The notes: a model not told the origin generated them from the sequence alone. A DNA stretch of 64,000 nucleotides from an uncultured Candidatus Saccharibacteria bacterium (GCA_964553025.1 CAZKJF010000018.1:1641-65640), one strand, 5' to 3'; positions 1-10,102 are shown, counted from the first letter of the stretch. Translations and numbers: made by a program.

Positions 1-467
1 GCCGTATCTTTGCCGTCTACTTTGATGATTTTGTCGCCCGTAACGATACCGGCTTTCTGCGCCGGACTGTCTTTGATCGGCGCGACAACAACCAGCACGC
101 CGTCCTTTTCGTCCAATTCGATACCGACTCCGCCGAACGAGCCGGAAATCTGCTCTTGGAATTTTTGGCTCGTCTCGGGTTCAAAAAATACGGTGTAGGG
201 ATCCCCGAGCGAATTAACCATGCCACTGATGGCGCTGTAGACCATTTTTTGCAAATCAAGCTTGGATTTGTCGACGTACTTGTTTTCCAGGATATTCCAG
301 GCCTTCCAAAATTCGCTGAAATCAACGTTTTGGACGTTGCCCGTGTCCTGATTGATCAGCGCCTGCACGCTTGCCGCTTTGGATTGATGGAACTGGGAAA
401 ATTCAAACCCGCCGCCGAAGCCGATGACCAAGGATGCGATGATGACAATGGGAAGAAATTTTTTCAT
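1..467 (-). CDS. S41 family carboxyl-terminal processing protease (CtpA-like), runs off the left edge
   Basis: Not in the ORF track; read manually from ATG 467 (ATGA overlap with the upstream stop). Translation MKKFLPIVIIASLVIGFGGG...FWKAWNILENKYVD...GMVNSLGDPYTVFF...GSFGGVGIEL...VVVAPIKDSPAQKAGI is a typical S41A N-terminus plus PDZ. Confidence 0.9.
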   Translation of the reverse strand, partial: MKKFLPIVIIASLVIGFGGGFEFSQFHQSKAASVQALINQDTGNVQNVDFSEFWKAWNILENKYVDKSKLDLQKMVYSAISGMVNSLGDPYTVFFEPETSQKFQEQISGSFGGVGIELDEKDGVLVVVAPIKDSPAQKAGIVTGDKIIKVDGKDT

Positions 468-1273
468 GAAACGTGAGTAAAACGCCGGGTGCCGTATTTG
501 CGGAAATAGCGGATCGCGTCTTTGATGTGCTGGCGCGTTTGGCGGTTAACGAAAACGTCGAAGATGCCGACGCGGCCGCGCGATTCTCGGTGATGGTAAT
601 GAAACATCTGCGCTTCGGGAATATACGCGACGGCGTATCCATTGTCCCAAAATCGGCGCGGCCAGTCAACGTCGCTTAGATATAAAAACATGCTTTCATC
701 CATGGGGCCGACTTTTTCCGCCGCCGCCTTGGTAATCATGAAGGCGGAACCCGAGAGCCAGTCAACGAGAGTCGGATGCGTAAGGTCCCGATCGTTCATG
801 AAAAAATCGTTCATCGATTTTTTCATGAACGGCAAAAGGCCGAGCGGTGTCCGGCGCGACAAAATAGTGAGCGGGGTTACATATCGAAAGCATGACGCTT
901 GCGGCGTACCGTCGAAATTTAAAAGTTTGGGGCCGGCCATGCCTACCTCGGAATGGCCGATTAAATATTTGTGGAGAATCTCAAAACTGTTTGCCATCGG
1001 GATGATATCCGAGTTCATGATGAAGCAGGTATCGCCGCCTGCGGCGGCGATACCTGCGTTCACTCCTTTGGTATACCCGATATTTTCGGCAAACGGCAGG
1101 TATTTCACGGACGGAAATTCTTCAGTAACCACGCTTCGCGTCCGCGGGCCGGCCGCCACGTCGACCACCAGGATTTCATGGGCAAAACTCGGCGTGATCG
1201 CCCGCTGGATTGACTTCAAGCATAATCGCAAGAGTTCAGGCTTTTGATAATTGACGATAATGATCGAGAGCAT
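464..1273 (-). CDS. glycosyltransferase family 2
   Basis: SIIIVNY start, ENIGYTKGVN, MNSD, WLSGSAF, DESMFLYLSDVDW (rhamnosyltransferase-like GT2). Confidence 0.9.
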   Translation of the reverse strand: MLSIIIVNYQKPELLRLCLKSIQRAITPSFAHEILVVDVAAGPRTRSVVTEEFPSVKYLPFAENIGYTKGVNAGIAAAGGDTCFIMNSDIIPMANSFEILHKYLIGHSEVGMAGPKLLNFDGTPQASCFRYVTPLTILSRRTPLGLLPFMKKSMNDFFMNDRDLTHPTLVDWLSGSAFMITKAAAEKVGPMDESMFLYLSDVDWPRRFWDNGYAVAYIPEAQMFHYHHRESRGRVGIFDVFVNRQTRQHIKDAIRYFRKYGTRRFTHVS

Positions 1274-1274
1274 G

Positions 1275-2324
1275 TTAGTTCAGGATCGTCTGGAACAGCG
1301 ATTTAATCTGATCGAAATTCCCGCCTTTGGGGGTCAGGATATAAATACCGTTGGCATCCTTGCCTTGATCGACAAGATTGTCGGTCGAGATGATATATTT
1401 CTTCATAGCCGCAAAGTCAGCCGTTTTGGCGAGCGTCACGAAGTTCTTAATGTCAAATACGCCGATGTCAGTGCGAATGTTGCTGCGAATGGTGTTGAAT
1501 ACGGAAATTGTTTTGAGCGGATCGCTGAAGAAATTCAAGGATAAAAGCTTGTCTTTGAGGGCGAACATGACCTGCTGCTGCCGGCGGGACCGGTCGAAAT
1601 CCGTGGAAGAATAGCGAGATCGGGCATAATAGAGCGCGTTTTGACCGTCCAAATGATTCGGTCCCGCCGGCAGCGAGAACGGATATCCCCACTGCTTGGG
1701 CTCACTGAAGGGCTGGTCCAGAGTTACATCGATTCCGCCGACCGAATCAATGATTTCTTTAAACGATGAAAAACTGAAAATCACAACGTTGTCAATATAT
1801 ACGCCGGTAATCTGCGAAATCTTATCTTTGATGAATTGGAGGGAATTATTGGAGTGGCTCAATCCGTATTCGTACGCCTCGTTTAATTTATTGTCGTTGT
1901 CGCCGTGAGTCCAGACAAGCAGATCGCGCGGGATCGAGATGAGCGAGGATTTATGAGTTTTTTTGTCGTAACTCAATACTTGGATCGAATCGGTCAGCAG
2001 CGCTCCCCCATCGGCAGCATCAGGATCGTCTTCGCCTCGCATGCCGAGAATTAAAACATCCAGACGGTCGTCTTCTTTTTCCGGCATGACATAATCGCGG
2101 CTCTTGGCGACAGGCAGCTTGTGAGGGTCGGTGTTTTCCGTTTCATTGCCGAATAGTTGTCCGATATTAATGCTGTGCGAGCCCGTAATTAAAAGATTGC
2201 CGATAATAACGGCGACGAAGACACCCAAAATCCAATAACCCACAGGCGGGATGGAAAGGCGTCGAAGCCATGATTTTCTGGGCTGCGGGGGCATGCCGGG
2301 TGAGAACGGCGGAATTGGAGCCAT
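1275..2324 (-). CDS. LCP (LytR-CpsA-Psr) family glycopolymer transferase
   Basis: N-terminal TM; VLILG, LTDSI, LISIPRD, KLNEAY, ALYYARSR, DFDRSRRQQ motifs. Confidence 0.92.
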   Translation of the reverse strand: MAPIPPFSPGMPPQPRKSWLRRLSIPPVGYWILGVFVAVIIGNLLITGSHSINIGQLFGNETENTDPHKLPVAKSRDYVMPEKEDDRLDVLILGMRGEDDPDAADGGALLTDSIQVLSYDKKTHKSSLISIPRDLLVWTHGDNDNKLNEAYEYGLSHSNNSLQFIKDKISQITGVYIDNVVIFSFSSFKEIIDSVGGIDVTLDQPFSEPKQWGYPFSLPAGPNHLDGQNALYYARSRYSSTDFDRSRRQQQVMFALKDKLLSLNFFSDPLKTISVFNTIRSNIRTDIGVFDIKNFVTLAKTADFAAMKKYIISTDNLVDQGKDANGIYILTPKGGNFDQIKSLFQTILN

Positions 2325-2330
2325 AAGAGA

Positions 2331-3374
2331 TTAAACGAAAAATCGGTGAATTTCCTGACCGGACGCGCGGGCGGATTTCATGATCGCCCGCCGCTTGTGA
2401 AGCATTCGCGGGATACCTTTCAAATAACGCGGCAGTTCGCCGAAGACTTGCGGTTCAAACAGCAGTGTATAGGCCAAGACGGCGATTTCGCGCGCGATGA
2501 TATAGGGCGCGTCCTTCAGAACATTCATTATATAATCGTTTTTGATCCGTGTCCATCGGGTATTGCGCCATTCCAAACGCCGCTTTTGGATGGGAATTTG
2601 TCGTCGAATACCGGTTCGACGGATTGAGCTTACCACCCCCGCGGCGTGGCTTTTGGTTGTTTGGCGGTCATGCCAGGCAATGATTCGAGGATCATAGACT
2701 TGTTTCCAGCCGGCGATGCTGATGCGCCAGGCGACATCCAGATCTTCGCCGTACCAGAACAGGTCGTGATCAGCGATCTCACCCAAAACGTGGATGCTTT
2801 CCAAAGCCGCCCTGCGAAAAACCGGAACGGCGCCTTCGACCCCGAATATTTCGCGGTAGGCGCCGAACCGCTCCCCATCCGGCTGGCCGTGGCCGATATT
2901 TGCCACGCGCCGCGAACGTTCGATCTGAAAGCCGCACGTGTCGATAATTTTCCGAGGCAAATTATCAGCTCGCTCTAAGTCAGCAATCGCGTACTGATAG
3001 ATTTTGGCTTGGAGTCCGCCTACTCGCTCGTCGGTATCCATAATCTCCAGCGCGCGGGCGAGGAAATTTTCTTCCAGCATGACATCGACCGACAGGAATA
3101 CTACGTACGCTCCCCGCGAGCGTTTCAGCAGCAATTCCTGGCCGCCCCACATGCCGTGATTTTCGCGGCTCTTGATAAACGAGACCGGCGCCTGATTGCC
3201 GAATTCTTTTTGCCAGTATTCGATGACCTCTTGCGTCCGGTCGCTCGATCCATTATCCAAGATAAGGATTTCAACGCGGCCCCAATCGACGCGCTGGCTT
3301 GCCAGCGCGTCGAGACAATGGCGGATATATTTTTCCCCATTGAGAACTACTAGTTGTACGGATATCGTACTCAT
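2331..3374 (-). CDS. glycosyltransferase family 2
   Basis: LDNGSSD, FGVEGA, FWYGEDLDVAWR. Confidence 0.9.
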   Translation of the reverse strand: MSTISVQLVVLNGEKYIRHCLDALASQRVDWGRVEILILDNGSSDRTQEVIEYWQKEFGNQAPVSFIKSRENHGMWGGQELLLKRSRGAYVVFLSVDVMLEENFLARALEIMDTDERVGGLQAKIYQYAIADLERADNLPRKIIDTCGFQIERSRRVANIGHGQPDGERFGAYREIFGVEGAVPVFRRAALESIHVLGEIADHDLFWYGEDLDVAWRISIAGWKQVYDPRIIAWHDRQTTKSHAAGVVSSIRRTGIRRQIPIQKRRLEWRNTRWTRIKNDYIMNVLKDAPYIIAREIAVLAYTLLFEPQVFGELPRYLKGIPRMLHKRRAIMKSARASGQEIHRFFV

Positions 3375-4930
3375 GCCAGGTTCTTTTCTTCCGCGAACAG
3401 AATTCCGAGAACCACGCTGAAAAATAGGAGCGCGCGCTCATCAAATAACGCTACATCAGTCATCAGATATGCCAGAACCCACGGAATTGAGATTAAACCC
3501 GCAGCATAGTAGGCCGAGAAAAAACCGTTTTGGGATGACCGGAATTTCAGATACAGTGTTTTCAAGATCAGCCAGACAAGATAAAGAGCAGCCAAAAGAG
3601 CCGGAATTCCCATCTCGGCGGCGATGTGAAGATAGATATTGTGAGCCGAGGAACCCGCCCGCGAGAGCTTAATGTCTTGATCCAAAACGACCGGGAAGTT
3701 GCCAATGCCAACGCCCAAAAGGGGCCGAGCTTCGATTGAAGAGAGCGTTTGTTTCCAGATTAGGATGCGCTGGGCATTGGATGTCTCGCCGAAATCAAGA
3801 ATTGATTTAATCCGTTGTTGAAGCAGCAACGCGTTGCCCTTGGAAACGAGAAATTGGGGCGAAGCGAAAATCGGGTACGCGATGCTGAATAGAAGAATGA
3901 ATATTGTCAGGTAGGATGCGACATATTTGAAGACATTGCGAGTCGGAAGCGGCACGCGCGTGTGGCGTATGAGCCAGATGACCAAGAAGCTCCAAACGAC
4001 GACTGCGGCCGCGCCCGCCCAAAACCCGCGCGTGCCGCTTAAAATCACGAACAAGAATATTGCCGGAATCCAAAGGACGGCCAGACTGCCGCGCGTTCGA
4101 ACCATGCTCCAGAACCGCTCCGCCCGCGCCAACGGTTTTTGGATGCTCCAGGCAAAGAATGCCGGCAAGCCGAGTAAGAGAAAGATCGGAAAAGAATGCG
4201 AATCCGGGAAAAGCGAGAATACGCGCAGTGAGAGCTGATCGCCGAAATACGCGAACCAGGTATTGCCGACGTGCGTTGCGATATAGGACCACTCGGTGCC
4301 GAATTGCCGAAGCTGGATTCCCTCGCCCCAGATGCGCATAAATTGATAGATGTCGACCAGGTATGTCGCGCAAACTTGGATTATTCCGACTGCCAGCGCG
4401 ATAATCACTGGCACCGTGAGGTTTCGAATCAGGCGGGCCGGCCGCCGGCCCGCCTGATTCCACGCGACGACTCCGATCAAAGCCGCATTGACGAAATAAA
4501 TTATTCGCTTCAGGCCTGCGACTGGATCCGGTGAATGCCACAGCGACAGGAAAGCCAGCAATATAAGCGCGTGGAGCGCGACTGCTGCCGGGTGTTTGTG
4601 GAAAAATTCGTGCGGATGATTGATCGCTAACTTCAATTCCCCGACCAGATAGCGCCGGGTTTCCGGCGCAAAGAGCCATTTGCAAAAAATAACGATTGAA
4701 AACAAGCGCCATTGATTGAAATTATCAAACGATGCGGTAAGCGGAATTGCAATAAAAAGCGGGATTGAGCGGACAAAAAAGACTATCCCATCTTCCAGAT
4801 TCATCAATGCCAGAGCGACGATGAGGATTCCGGTTTCCCAGATGACCAGCGACCGCGGCGCCAGCCCGGAAACGACAAGGCCAAAAAAAATCAGGTGAGC
4901 GATAAATAATGAAAGAGAAAATTTCTTCAT
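3371..4930 (-). CDS. O-antigen ligase / Wzy_C family membrane protein
   Basis: Polytopic; LSGTRG, R-x-x-IW, PLLGVGIGNF, SAHNIYLHIAAEMG motifs. Confidence 0.85.
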   Translation of the reverse strand: MKKFSLSLFIAHLIFFGLVVSGLAPRSLVIWETGILIVALALMNLEDGIVFFVRSIPLFIAIPLTASFDNFNQWRLFSIVIFCKWLFAPETRRYLVGELKLAINHPHEFFHKHPAAVALHALILLAFLSLWHSPDPVAGLKRIIYFVNAALIGVVAWNQAGRRPARLIRNLTVPVIIALAVGIIQVCATYLVDIYQFMRIWGEGIQLRQFGTEWSYIATHVGNTWFAYFGDQLSLRVFSLFPDSHSFPIFLLLGLPAFFAWSIQKPLARAERFWSMVRTRGSLAVLWIPAIFLFVILSGTRGFWAGAAAVVVWSFLVIWLIRHTRVPLPTRNVFKYVASYLTIFILLFSIAYPIFASPQFLVSKGNALLLQQRIKSILDFGETSNAQRILIWKQTLSSIEARPLLGVGIGNFPVVLDQDIKLSRAGSSAHNIYLHIAAEMGIPALLAALYLVWLILKTLYLKFRSSQNGFFSAYYAAGLISIPWVLAYLMTDVALFDERALLFFSVVLGILFAEEKNLA

Positions 4931-6912
4931 ACGAGAGTTTTTACGATTGTAAGCCAGCGCTCGGTAAATTTCAGCCAGGAATAGCGCGCGCCGTGCGCAG
5001 GGCCTTCTGTTTTAATCCTATTCACTTTCGCCGTGTCCGTCAAAGCTTCCCGCATTGCAGCCGCAATGCGGGAAGGGCTGGCCTCGGTCGCATAAAACGC
5101 ATTATCTTCGAATAGTTCCCGCCCCAATTCGTTATCGGCGATAATCGGAGGTACTCCCAGCGCAAGTGCTTCCATCGGCGGCAAACCGAAAGCTTCACGA
5201 TCCGATACGTACAGGAGCGCCGCGGCATTTCGATATAAAACGGCTAATTCTTCTTGCGGCACATAATCTCGGTGACTTACCGCCTCGCGGCCAAGGGTTA
5301 AATTCACGGTTTTGACGATATAATCAATTGTCGGCGTTTCATATTTGTCGGGGCCAATCGTAATCAATCGGAAACTCGAAAATTCTTTGCCGATTTCTTT
5401 GAAAGCAAGGATCGTCTCTCGCAGATGCCGCCGCGGAAATGCTTGGCCGACGTACAGAAGATATGGATAATCAAGGACGGTGCCGCCTTCTTTCAGTTCT
5501 TCAATGTCTACGCCGAGCGGGTTGGCGATGATGCGTCGGGGATTAATGCGGTATAACCGCGCGACGTTTTTCTTTGAAGTTTCAGAAATGGTCATCACGC
5601 GCGACGCGCAATGAGCTGTCCACCAGCCGAAGATTCGATACGCCAGTCGGTAGCGGAACGGTAATTTCCCCTCGTGAGCCTCATAATAAATATCCTCGGT
5701 CAGAAGCGCGAACGAACGATTGAACGCGATGATCGGCAGCATATAGTTTGGCCAGAACATTACATTCAGACGCTCAAACCAGAGCTTAATCGGAAGCAAG
5801 AGATAGTAATAAATCGGGAACAGCCGCCGCCGAAACAGCGGGACGGGCGCAATTTTTTTCTCAAACATGGGTGATTTTAAAAACGGCAGATCAGGCGCTT
5901 CATCTTTGAAGTACAAAATAAATTCAAATGTTTCCGCCAGCTCGGGCTGCGCGGCGATTTGCTCGAGTAATTTAATGATCATTTTTCCGACTCCCCATAC
6001 TGGATTCTTGCCTTCGATTGATTCGCATTCGATGCCGACGCGGATTTTGGCGCCGTCGCCGCGATAGCCGACATAGAAGTCCTTGAAGCCAGCAAGAATC
6101 CCTTTGGAAGCTTCTGCATTTCTGCCCAGGAGTATCTTAAGCCATTGTTTCATTGCCACCCACCCGCTCCAGGGCACTGCCAAAAGAACTGCCCACAAGG
6201 GGCCGTGCTTGAAATTAAAGCGCAGCGCGCTGCGATAATGATGGCGAAATAAAAACGGCGAACCCATTTTGCCGGTAACTGCCGAAACCGCGTGGCGGAC
6301 TACAACATCATCGGTCAGGGTAAGCGGAATGCCGGCCCGATAGGCGCGAATGGAATAGTCGGCGTCTTCAAAATATAAAAAATATTTTTCGTCCAAGCCG
6401 CCGATGGTCTGGTAGGCGCGGCGGGATATAGCCATTGCCGCTCCGATTGCATAGGTATCGGGACCGATCCGTTCCGGTTTGTGGATATGCTGAAGCGTCG
6501 GTTTCAGCCACTGAATACTGCCCCCGTAGACGGTTCGGGAGCCCTCGTTGATAGCCAGGCCGACAAGCCCGTCTGAAGGGCCTAAAACGCCCTTCAGACG
6601 GGCGATAAAGTCAGTTTCGACCCAAGTGTCAGGATTGATCAGCAGAACCCAATCAGCCCCCTTTTTAAAGGCTTTAGCGAGGCCAAGGTTGCTGGCACCG
6701 GCGAAGCCGAGATTTCGAGGGCTGGAAATCAGATCAACCGAAGAGAAGTCTTGCTCAACCGCATGTTCGAGTTTTGTCCGGTCATGAGGCTTAGAATCAT
6801 TGTCCACGACAATCACCTCAAAGCTTGAATCGGTTTGATCCCGCAAAGATTTCAGGAGACGCAATAGTTCATCTGAGCCGTTGTAGTTGACGGAAACAAG
6901 CGATACTTTCAC
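4927..6912 (-). CDS. fused GT2 + GT4 glycosyltransferase
   Basis: N-half GT2 (VDNDS, NLGFAG, INPD, YFEDADY); C-half GT-B/GT4 (LLYVG, EAFGLPPMEA). Confidence 0.88.
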   Translation of the reverse strand: MKVSLVSVNYNGSDELLRLLKSLRDQTDSSFEVIVVDNDSKPHDRTKLEHAVEQDFSSVDLISSPRNLGFAGASNLGLAKAFKKGADWVLLINPDTWVETDFIARLKGVLGPSDGLVGLAINEGSRTVYGGSIQWLKPTLQHIHKPERIGPDTYAIGAAMAISRRAYQTIGGLDEKYFLYFEDADYSIRAYRAGIPLTLTDDVVVRHAVSAVTGKMGSPFLFRHHYRSALRFNFKHGPLWAVLLAVPWSGWVAMKQWLKILLGRNAEASKGILAGFKDFYVGYRGDGAKIRVGIECESIEGKNPVWGVGKMIIKLLEQIAAQPELAETFEFILYFKDEAPDLPFLKSPMFEKKIAPVPLFRRRLFPIYYYLLLPIKLWFERLNVMFWPNYMLPIIAFNRSFALLTEDIYYEAHEGKLPFRYRLAYRIFGWWTAHCASRVMTISETSKKNVARLYRINPRRIIANPLGVDIEELKEGGTVLDYPYLLYVGQAFPRRHLRETILAFKEIGKEFSSFRLITIGPDKYETPTIDYIVKTVNLTLGREAVSHRDYVPQEELAVLYRNAAALLYVSDREAFGLPPMEALALGVPPIIADNELGRELFEDNAFYATEASPSRIAAAMREALTDTAKVNRIKTEGPAHGARYSWLKFTERWLTIVKTLV

Positions 6913-6959
6913 CCGTCTACCATAGCAAAAATCGCCCTTTTTTTCAATAAAAATGAAAT

Positions 6960-6980
6960 CCCGCCGGCGAAGCCGGCGGG
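6960..6980 (-). terminator. intrinsic terminator-like hairpin
   Basis: CCCGCCGGC-TTC-GCCGGCGGG followed by ATTTCATTTTT on the minus strand. Confidence 0.65.
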
Positions 6981-6988
6981 CAGACTCA

Positions 6989-7432
6989 CTATGACGGAAA
7001 CATTGCCATGATGTCTTGATTGATAATGATCAGGTCTACGAGCGATTCCGTCTCCACATTCAGGCGATGCGCCCGAACGACGATAAAGCGGAATATCGAG
7101 ATTTCGACGGGATCCCCGGTGATGCTGGCGCTTTCAGCGCCGTCATCATATAAACTTTCAAAATCTTCTTTCAGCAGCGAACGCTTGAGACGCTCGAACA
7201 CAATGTGGGCCGTGTCAGGCTTAGCCATTACTTCGGCATCCACGCACCGGAGGCAGGCCGTTGTATGATCGGAAAAGCCCGTGTGCGGAGAATTGTGCTT
7301 CTCGCAAAAAAGTCTGTGCCTTTTAGCGCACGGTAAGCACGCGCACGCTTCCAGGCCGCCGTCATCCCAATACGGAATAAGAGCGATCTGGCGAGCATCC
7401 TTCTTGCAGAAGACGCAATCCGTAAAAGCCAT
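6989..7432 (-). CDS. hypothetical Cys-rich (putative Zn-binding) protein
   Basis: 147 aa; CxxC, CxCxxC, CxxH and CxxC clusters; own sigma70-like promoter (TTGATT-17-TATAAG). Confidence 0.65.
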   Translation of the reverse strand: MAFTDCVFCKKDARQIALIPYWDDGGLEACACLPCAKRHRLFCEKHNSPHTGFSDHTTACLRCVDAEVMAKPDTAHIVFERLKRSLLKEDFESLYDDGAESASITGDPVEISIFRFIVVRAHRLNVETESLVDLIIINQDIMAMFPS

Positions 7433-7473
7433 AAAGAACCCTACTCAACTTATACCCCACTTTTTAAAAATAA

Positions 7474-8586
7474 TCAAGATGTAATCTCCAAGATTTTTTT
7501 GTGGAAGGATGCGGCGGAAAATTTTGAAGCATGATCTTTGATCGCTGCCGGATCGTAATTGGAGTAATTCTCATTCAATCGGCGAATGCCGTCAGCCAGG
7601 CCTTCCGGAATCGGGTCGTCAAAAAACTCTCCAGTCATGCCTTCTAGAACAGTTTCCGTAGCGCCTCCTCGACGCAAGGCCAGAACCGGTTTGCCGAATG
7701 TCATAGCTTCGACGGCGGTAAGGCCGAAATCCTCCTCTTGGGGCATGATGAATGCCCGGCACGATGAATAAATGGCGGCAAGCGTTACATCGTCCACTGA
7801 ACGAAGAAAGGTAATATTTTTGCCGGCCAGCTGTCGAAGTTTTTTACGCGCCGGGCCATCCCCTACGATAACCAATGGATAGCCGAGCTTGTTGAACGCC
7901 TTGATTGCCACGCCAATATTCTTATACTCATACAGCCGCGCTACAATTAGGTAACACTCTTTCGGCACAGAATCTTTCTCTCCGCCAGGAATTCTATACG
8001 GTTCGGCGTGAGAAAGATTCTGTGCCGAAATTGATAGTTCAGTTGTAGGCGGATGAATGACGATAGCCTCGCGGCGGTAATACTTTTTGATGCGGGCAGC
8101 GACGGTTTCGGAAATCGCCACAAATTGATCAACTCGGTCAGCGGCCGGCCGATCCCACAATCGAAGCGCATGCTGAACCAGCCGCCCTGGCCACGAATTG
8201 TTTTCGGCCGCATATTCGGCATGCCGATCCCAGAGCTGGCGGCTCGGACTGTAGCAATAGCAGATATGCCGCGTTGAAGGCTTTAGGATAAGGCCTTTGG
8301 AAAAAATAACCGATGAAGAAATTACGGTATCAAACTCGCCCAGATCGAACGATTCAATCGCGACCGGCATCAGCAGGGCAATGAGCGGATACAATCGCGT
8401 AATAAGGGGAACTTTTTGCAGGAAACTCGGCCGGATATCGGCATCAGGCAGAAATTGGCGAACGAACGCCGGGCGATAGAACAGCGTGTAAATCGGCGCG
8501 GAAGGATATGTCCGATGCAGCTCCATCAAGACTCGCTCGGCGCCGGCCAGGTCTTTGATCCAATCGTGAACGATTGCCAGTTTCAT
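7474..8586 (-). CDS. glycosyltransferase family 4 (WbaZ-like)
   Basis: AIVHDW...GAERVL, EEDFGLTAVEAM..GKPV. Confidence 0.92.
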   Translation of the reverse strand: MKLAIVHDWIKDLAGAERVLMELHRTYPSAPIYTLFYRPAFVRQFLPDADIRPSFLQKVPLITRLYPLIALLMPVAIESFDLGEFDTVISSSVIFSKGLILKPSTRHICYCYSPSRQLWDRHAEYAAENNSWPGRLVQHALRLWDRPAADRVDQFVAISETVAARIKKYYRREAIVIHPPTTELSISAQNLSHAEPYRIPGGEKDSVPKECYLIVARLYEYKNIGVAIKAFNKLGYPLVIVGDGPARKKLRQLAGKNITFLRSVDDVTLAAIYSSCRAFIMPQEEDFGLTAVEAMTFGKPVLALRRGGATETVLEGMTGEFFDDPIPEGLADGIRRLNENYSNYDPAAIKDHASKFSAASFHKKILEITS

Positions 8587-8665
8587 TGGTTTTCAGTATA
8601 GCGAAAATAGCATCCTTTTCTAGCTTGATTTTAAAGAAAGTTTGGGTATAATATAGAAGTTCTTT

Positions 8666-8983
8666 ATGGATACCTCGGGTATCGGTTTTCCGGATTGCCG
8701 CCGAACGTCGTTGATCGAGTTTATTTCTTTCTCCCGCGTCTGTCTGAATAATTTCAAGAGCAAGGACGCGCACATGCAAGAGGAGGCCCAAACGCGGCAC
8801 CAAGAAGTCATCCAGCAGATATTCAGCGATACCGTGCCCGTGCTTGATACGCTGTTCATCAACCTGCTTGAACTGAAAGATATCTATTTGTCGCCGAAAG
8901 CGGAGAGCAAATATCGCTTGTTTCTGGAATTCGTCGCCAACCCCCAAGCCCTGCCCTTTCGTCCGGCACCGCCGCAAAAATGA
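8666..8983 (+). CDS. hypothetical protein
   Basis: 105 aa ORF between promoter TTGATT-16-TATAAT (8625-8652) and a terminator hairpin. Confidence 0.65.
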   Translation: MDTSGIGFPDCRRTSLIEFISFSRVCLNNFKSKDAHMQEEAQTRHQEVIQQIFSDTVPVLDTLFINLLELKDIYLSPKAESKYRLFLEFVANPQALPFRPAPPQK

Positions 8984-9005
8984 AAAGCCCGCTTCGCGGG
9001 CTTTT
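8983..9005. terminator. bidirectional terminator hairpin
   Basis: AAAAGCCCGC-TTC-GCGGGCTTTT between convergent genes. Confidence 0.8.
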
Positions 9006-9008
9006 AGA

Positions 9009-10016
9009 TTACGATCGGCGGGCCATGATGTTCTTCTTGTAGGCGTCGAGGTTTTCCAAGACGATGCCGGTCCCGCGAGCCACGCAGAATAGCGGGTCGT
9101 CGGCGATGCGCGCTGGCACGCCGGTTACTTTGGTAATGAATACATCTATGTTTTTCAGCAATGCGCCGCCGCCGGAGATAACGATCCCCTTATCCATAAT
9201 ATCCGAGCAGAGCTCGGGCGGCGTCACTTCGAGAACGCTTTTGACGATCTGGATGATCTCCCGCAGCTGATCGTGGAGCGCTTCGGTAATTTCATTGGAG
9301 GAAATTTCAATCGTTTGCGGATATCCGGTCGTAAGATCGCGGCCCTTGATGCTGATTTTTTCTTCGGCAGTCTGCTTCATGGCGCTTCCGATATTGATCT
9401 TGATCAATTCAGCTGTGCGTTCGCCGATCGCCAGGCTGTGCTTCTTTTTGATGTATTCAACGATTGCTTGGTCGAATTTATTGCCGCCGATGCGGACGGA
9501 TTGGGAACTGACGATGCCGCCCAGCGAGATCACGGCGAGTTCGGTCGTGCCGCCGCCGATGTTGAGGATCATGTTGCCGGAAGCGCTGTCGATGGGGATT
9601 TTGGCGCCGATCGCAGCCAAGACAGGTTCTTTGACGAGATAGACGGCTTTTGCGCCAGCATGGAGGGCCGCCTCGATTACGGCTCTCCGCTCCGTCGACG
9701 TGATTCCCGCCGGCACCGAAATTAAGACTTCGGGCTTCATGAAACTTAAAAACCCGCCGGCCTTTTTAATGAAATATTTGAGCATTGCGCCGGTGACGCG
9801 ATAGTCGGCAATCGCTCCGTCTACGAGCGGCCGCGAAACGATGATGCTTTCCGGCGCACGGCCGATCATTTCTTTGGCTCCGTTGCCGACGGCTAGGATT
9901 TTATTGTCCAGCACCGAGATTGCTACCACTGAAGGTTCATTAATGACAATGCCCTTCTGGGGCACGAAGACGACGGTATTGGTTGTTCCCAAATCGATGC
10001 CGATACTCCTTGCCAT
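9009..10016 (-). CDS. mreB: rod shape-determining protein MreB
   Basis: IGIDLGTTNT, EPSVVA, RPLVDGAIAD, IGGGTTE, SGGGALL. Confidence 0.95.
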   Translation of the reverse strand: MARSIGIDLGTTNTVVFVPQKGIVINEPSVVAISVLDNKILAVGNGAKEMIGRAPESIIVSRPLVDGAIADYRVTGAMLKYFIKKAGGFLSFMKPEVLISVPAGITSTERRAVIEAALHAGAKAVYLVKEPVLAAIGAKIPIDSASGNMILNIGGGTTELAVISLGGIVSSQSVRIGGNKFDQAIVEYIKKKHSLAIGERTAELIKINIGSAMKQTAEEKISIKGRDLTTGYPQTIEISSNEITEALHDQLREIIQIVKSVLEVTPPELCSDIMDKGIVISGGGALLKNIDVFITKVTGVPARIADDPLFCVARGTGIVLENLDAYKKNIMARRS

Positions 10017-10102
10017 AGTAAAAAATTATCTCAATTACTCTAGCTTGTTTCGCCCTAGAATGCAAATAAAGAGTGTGGTATAATAGTGTTCTAAGCTTTT
10101 CT

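Noticed and set aside
3807-4712. 301-aa alternative-frame ORF inside the ligase-like gene, and similar long shadow ORFs (15905-16663, 46466-47077, 57257-57928)
   Set aside because: They fully overlap well-supported genes and show no motifs; expected by-products of GC-rich codon usage.
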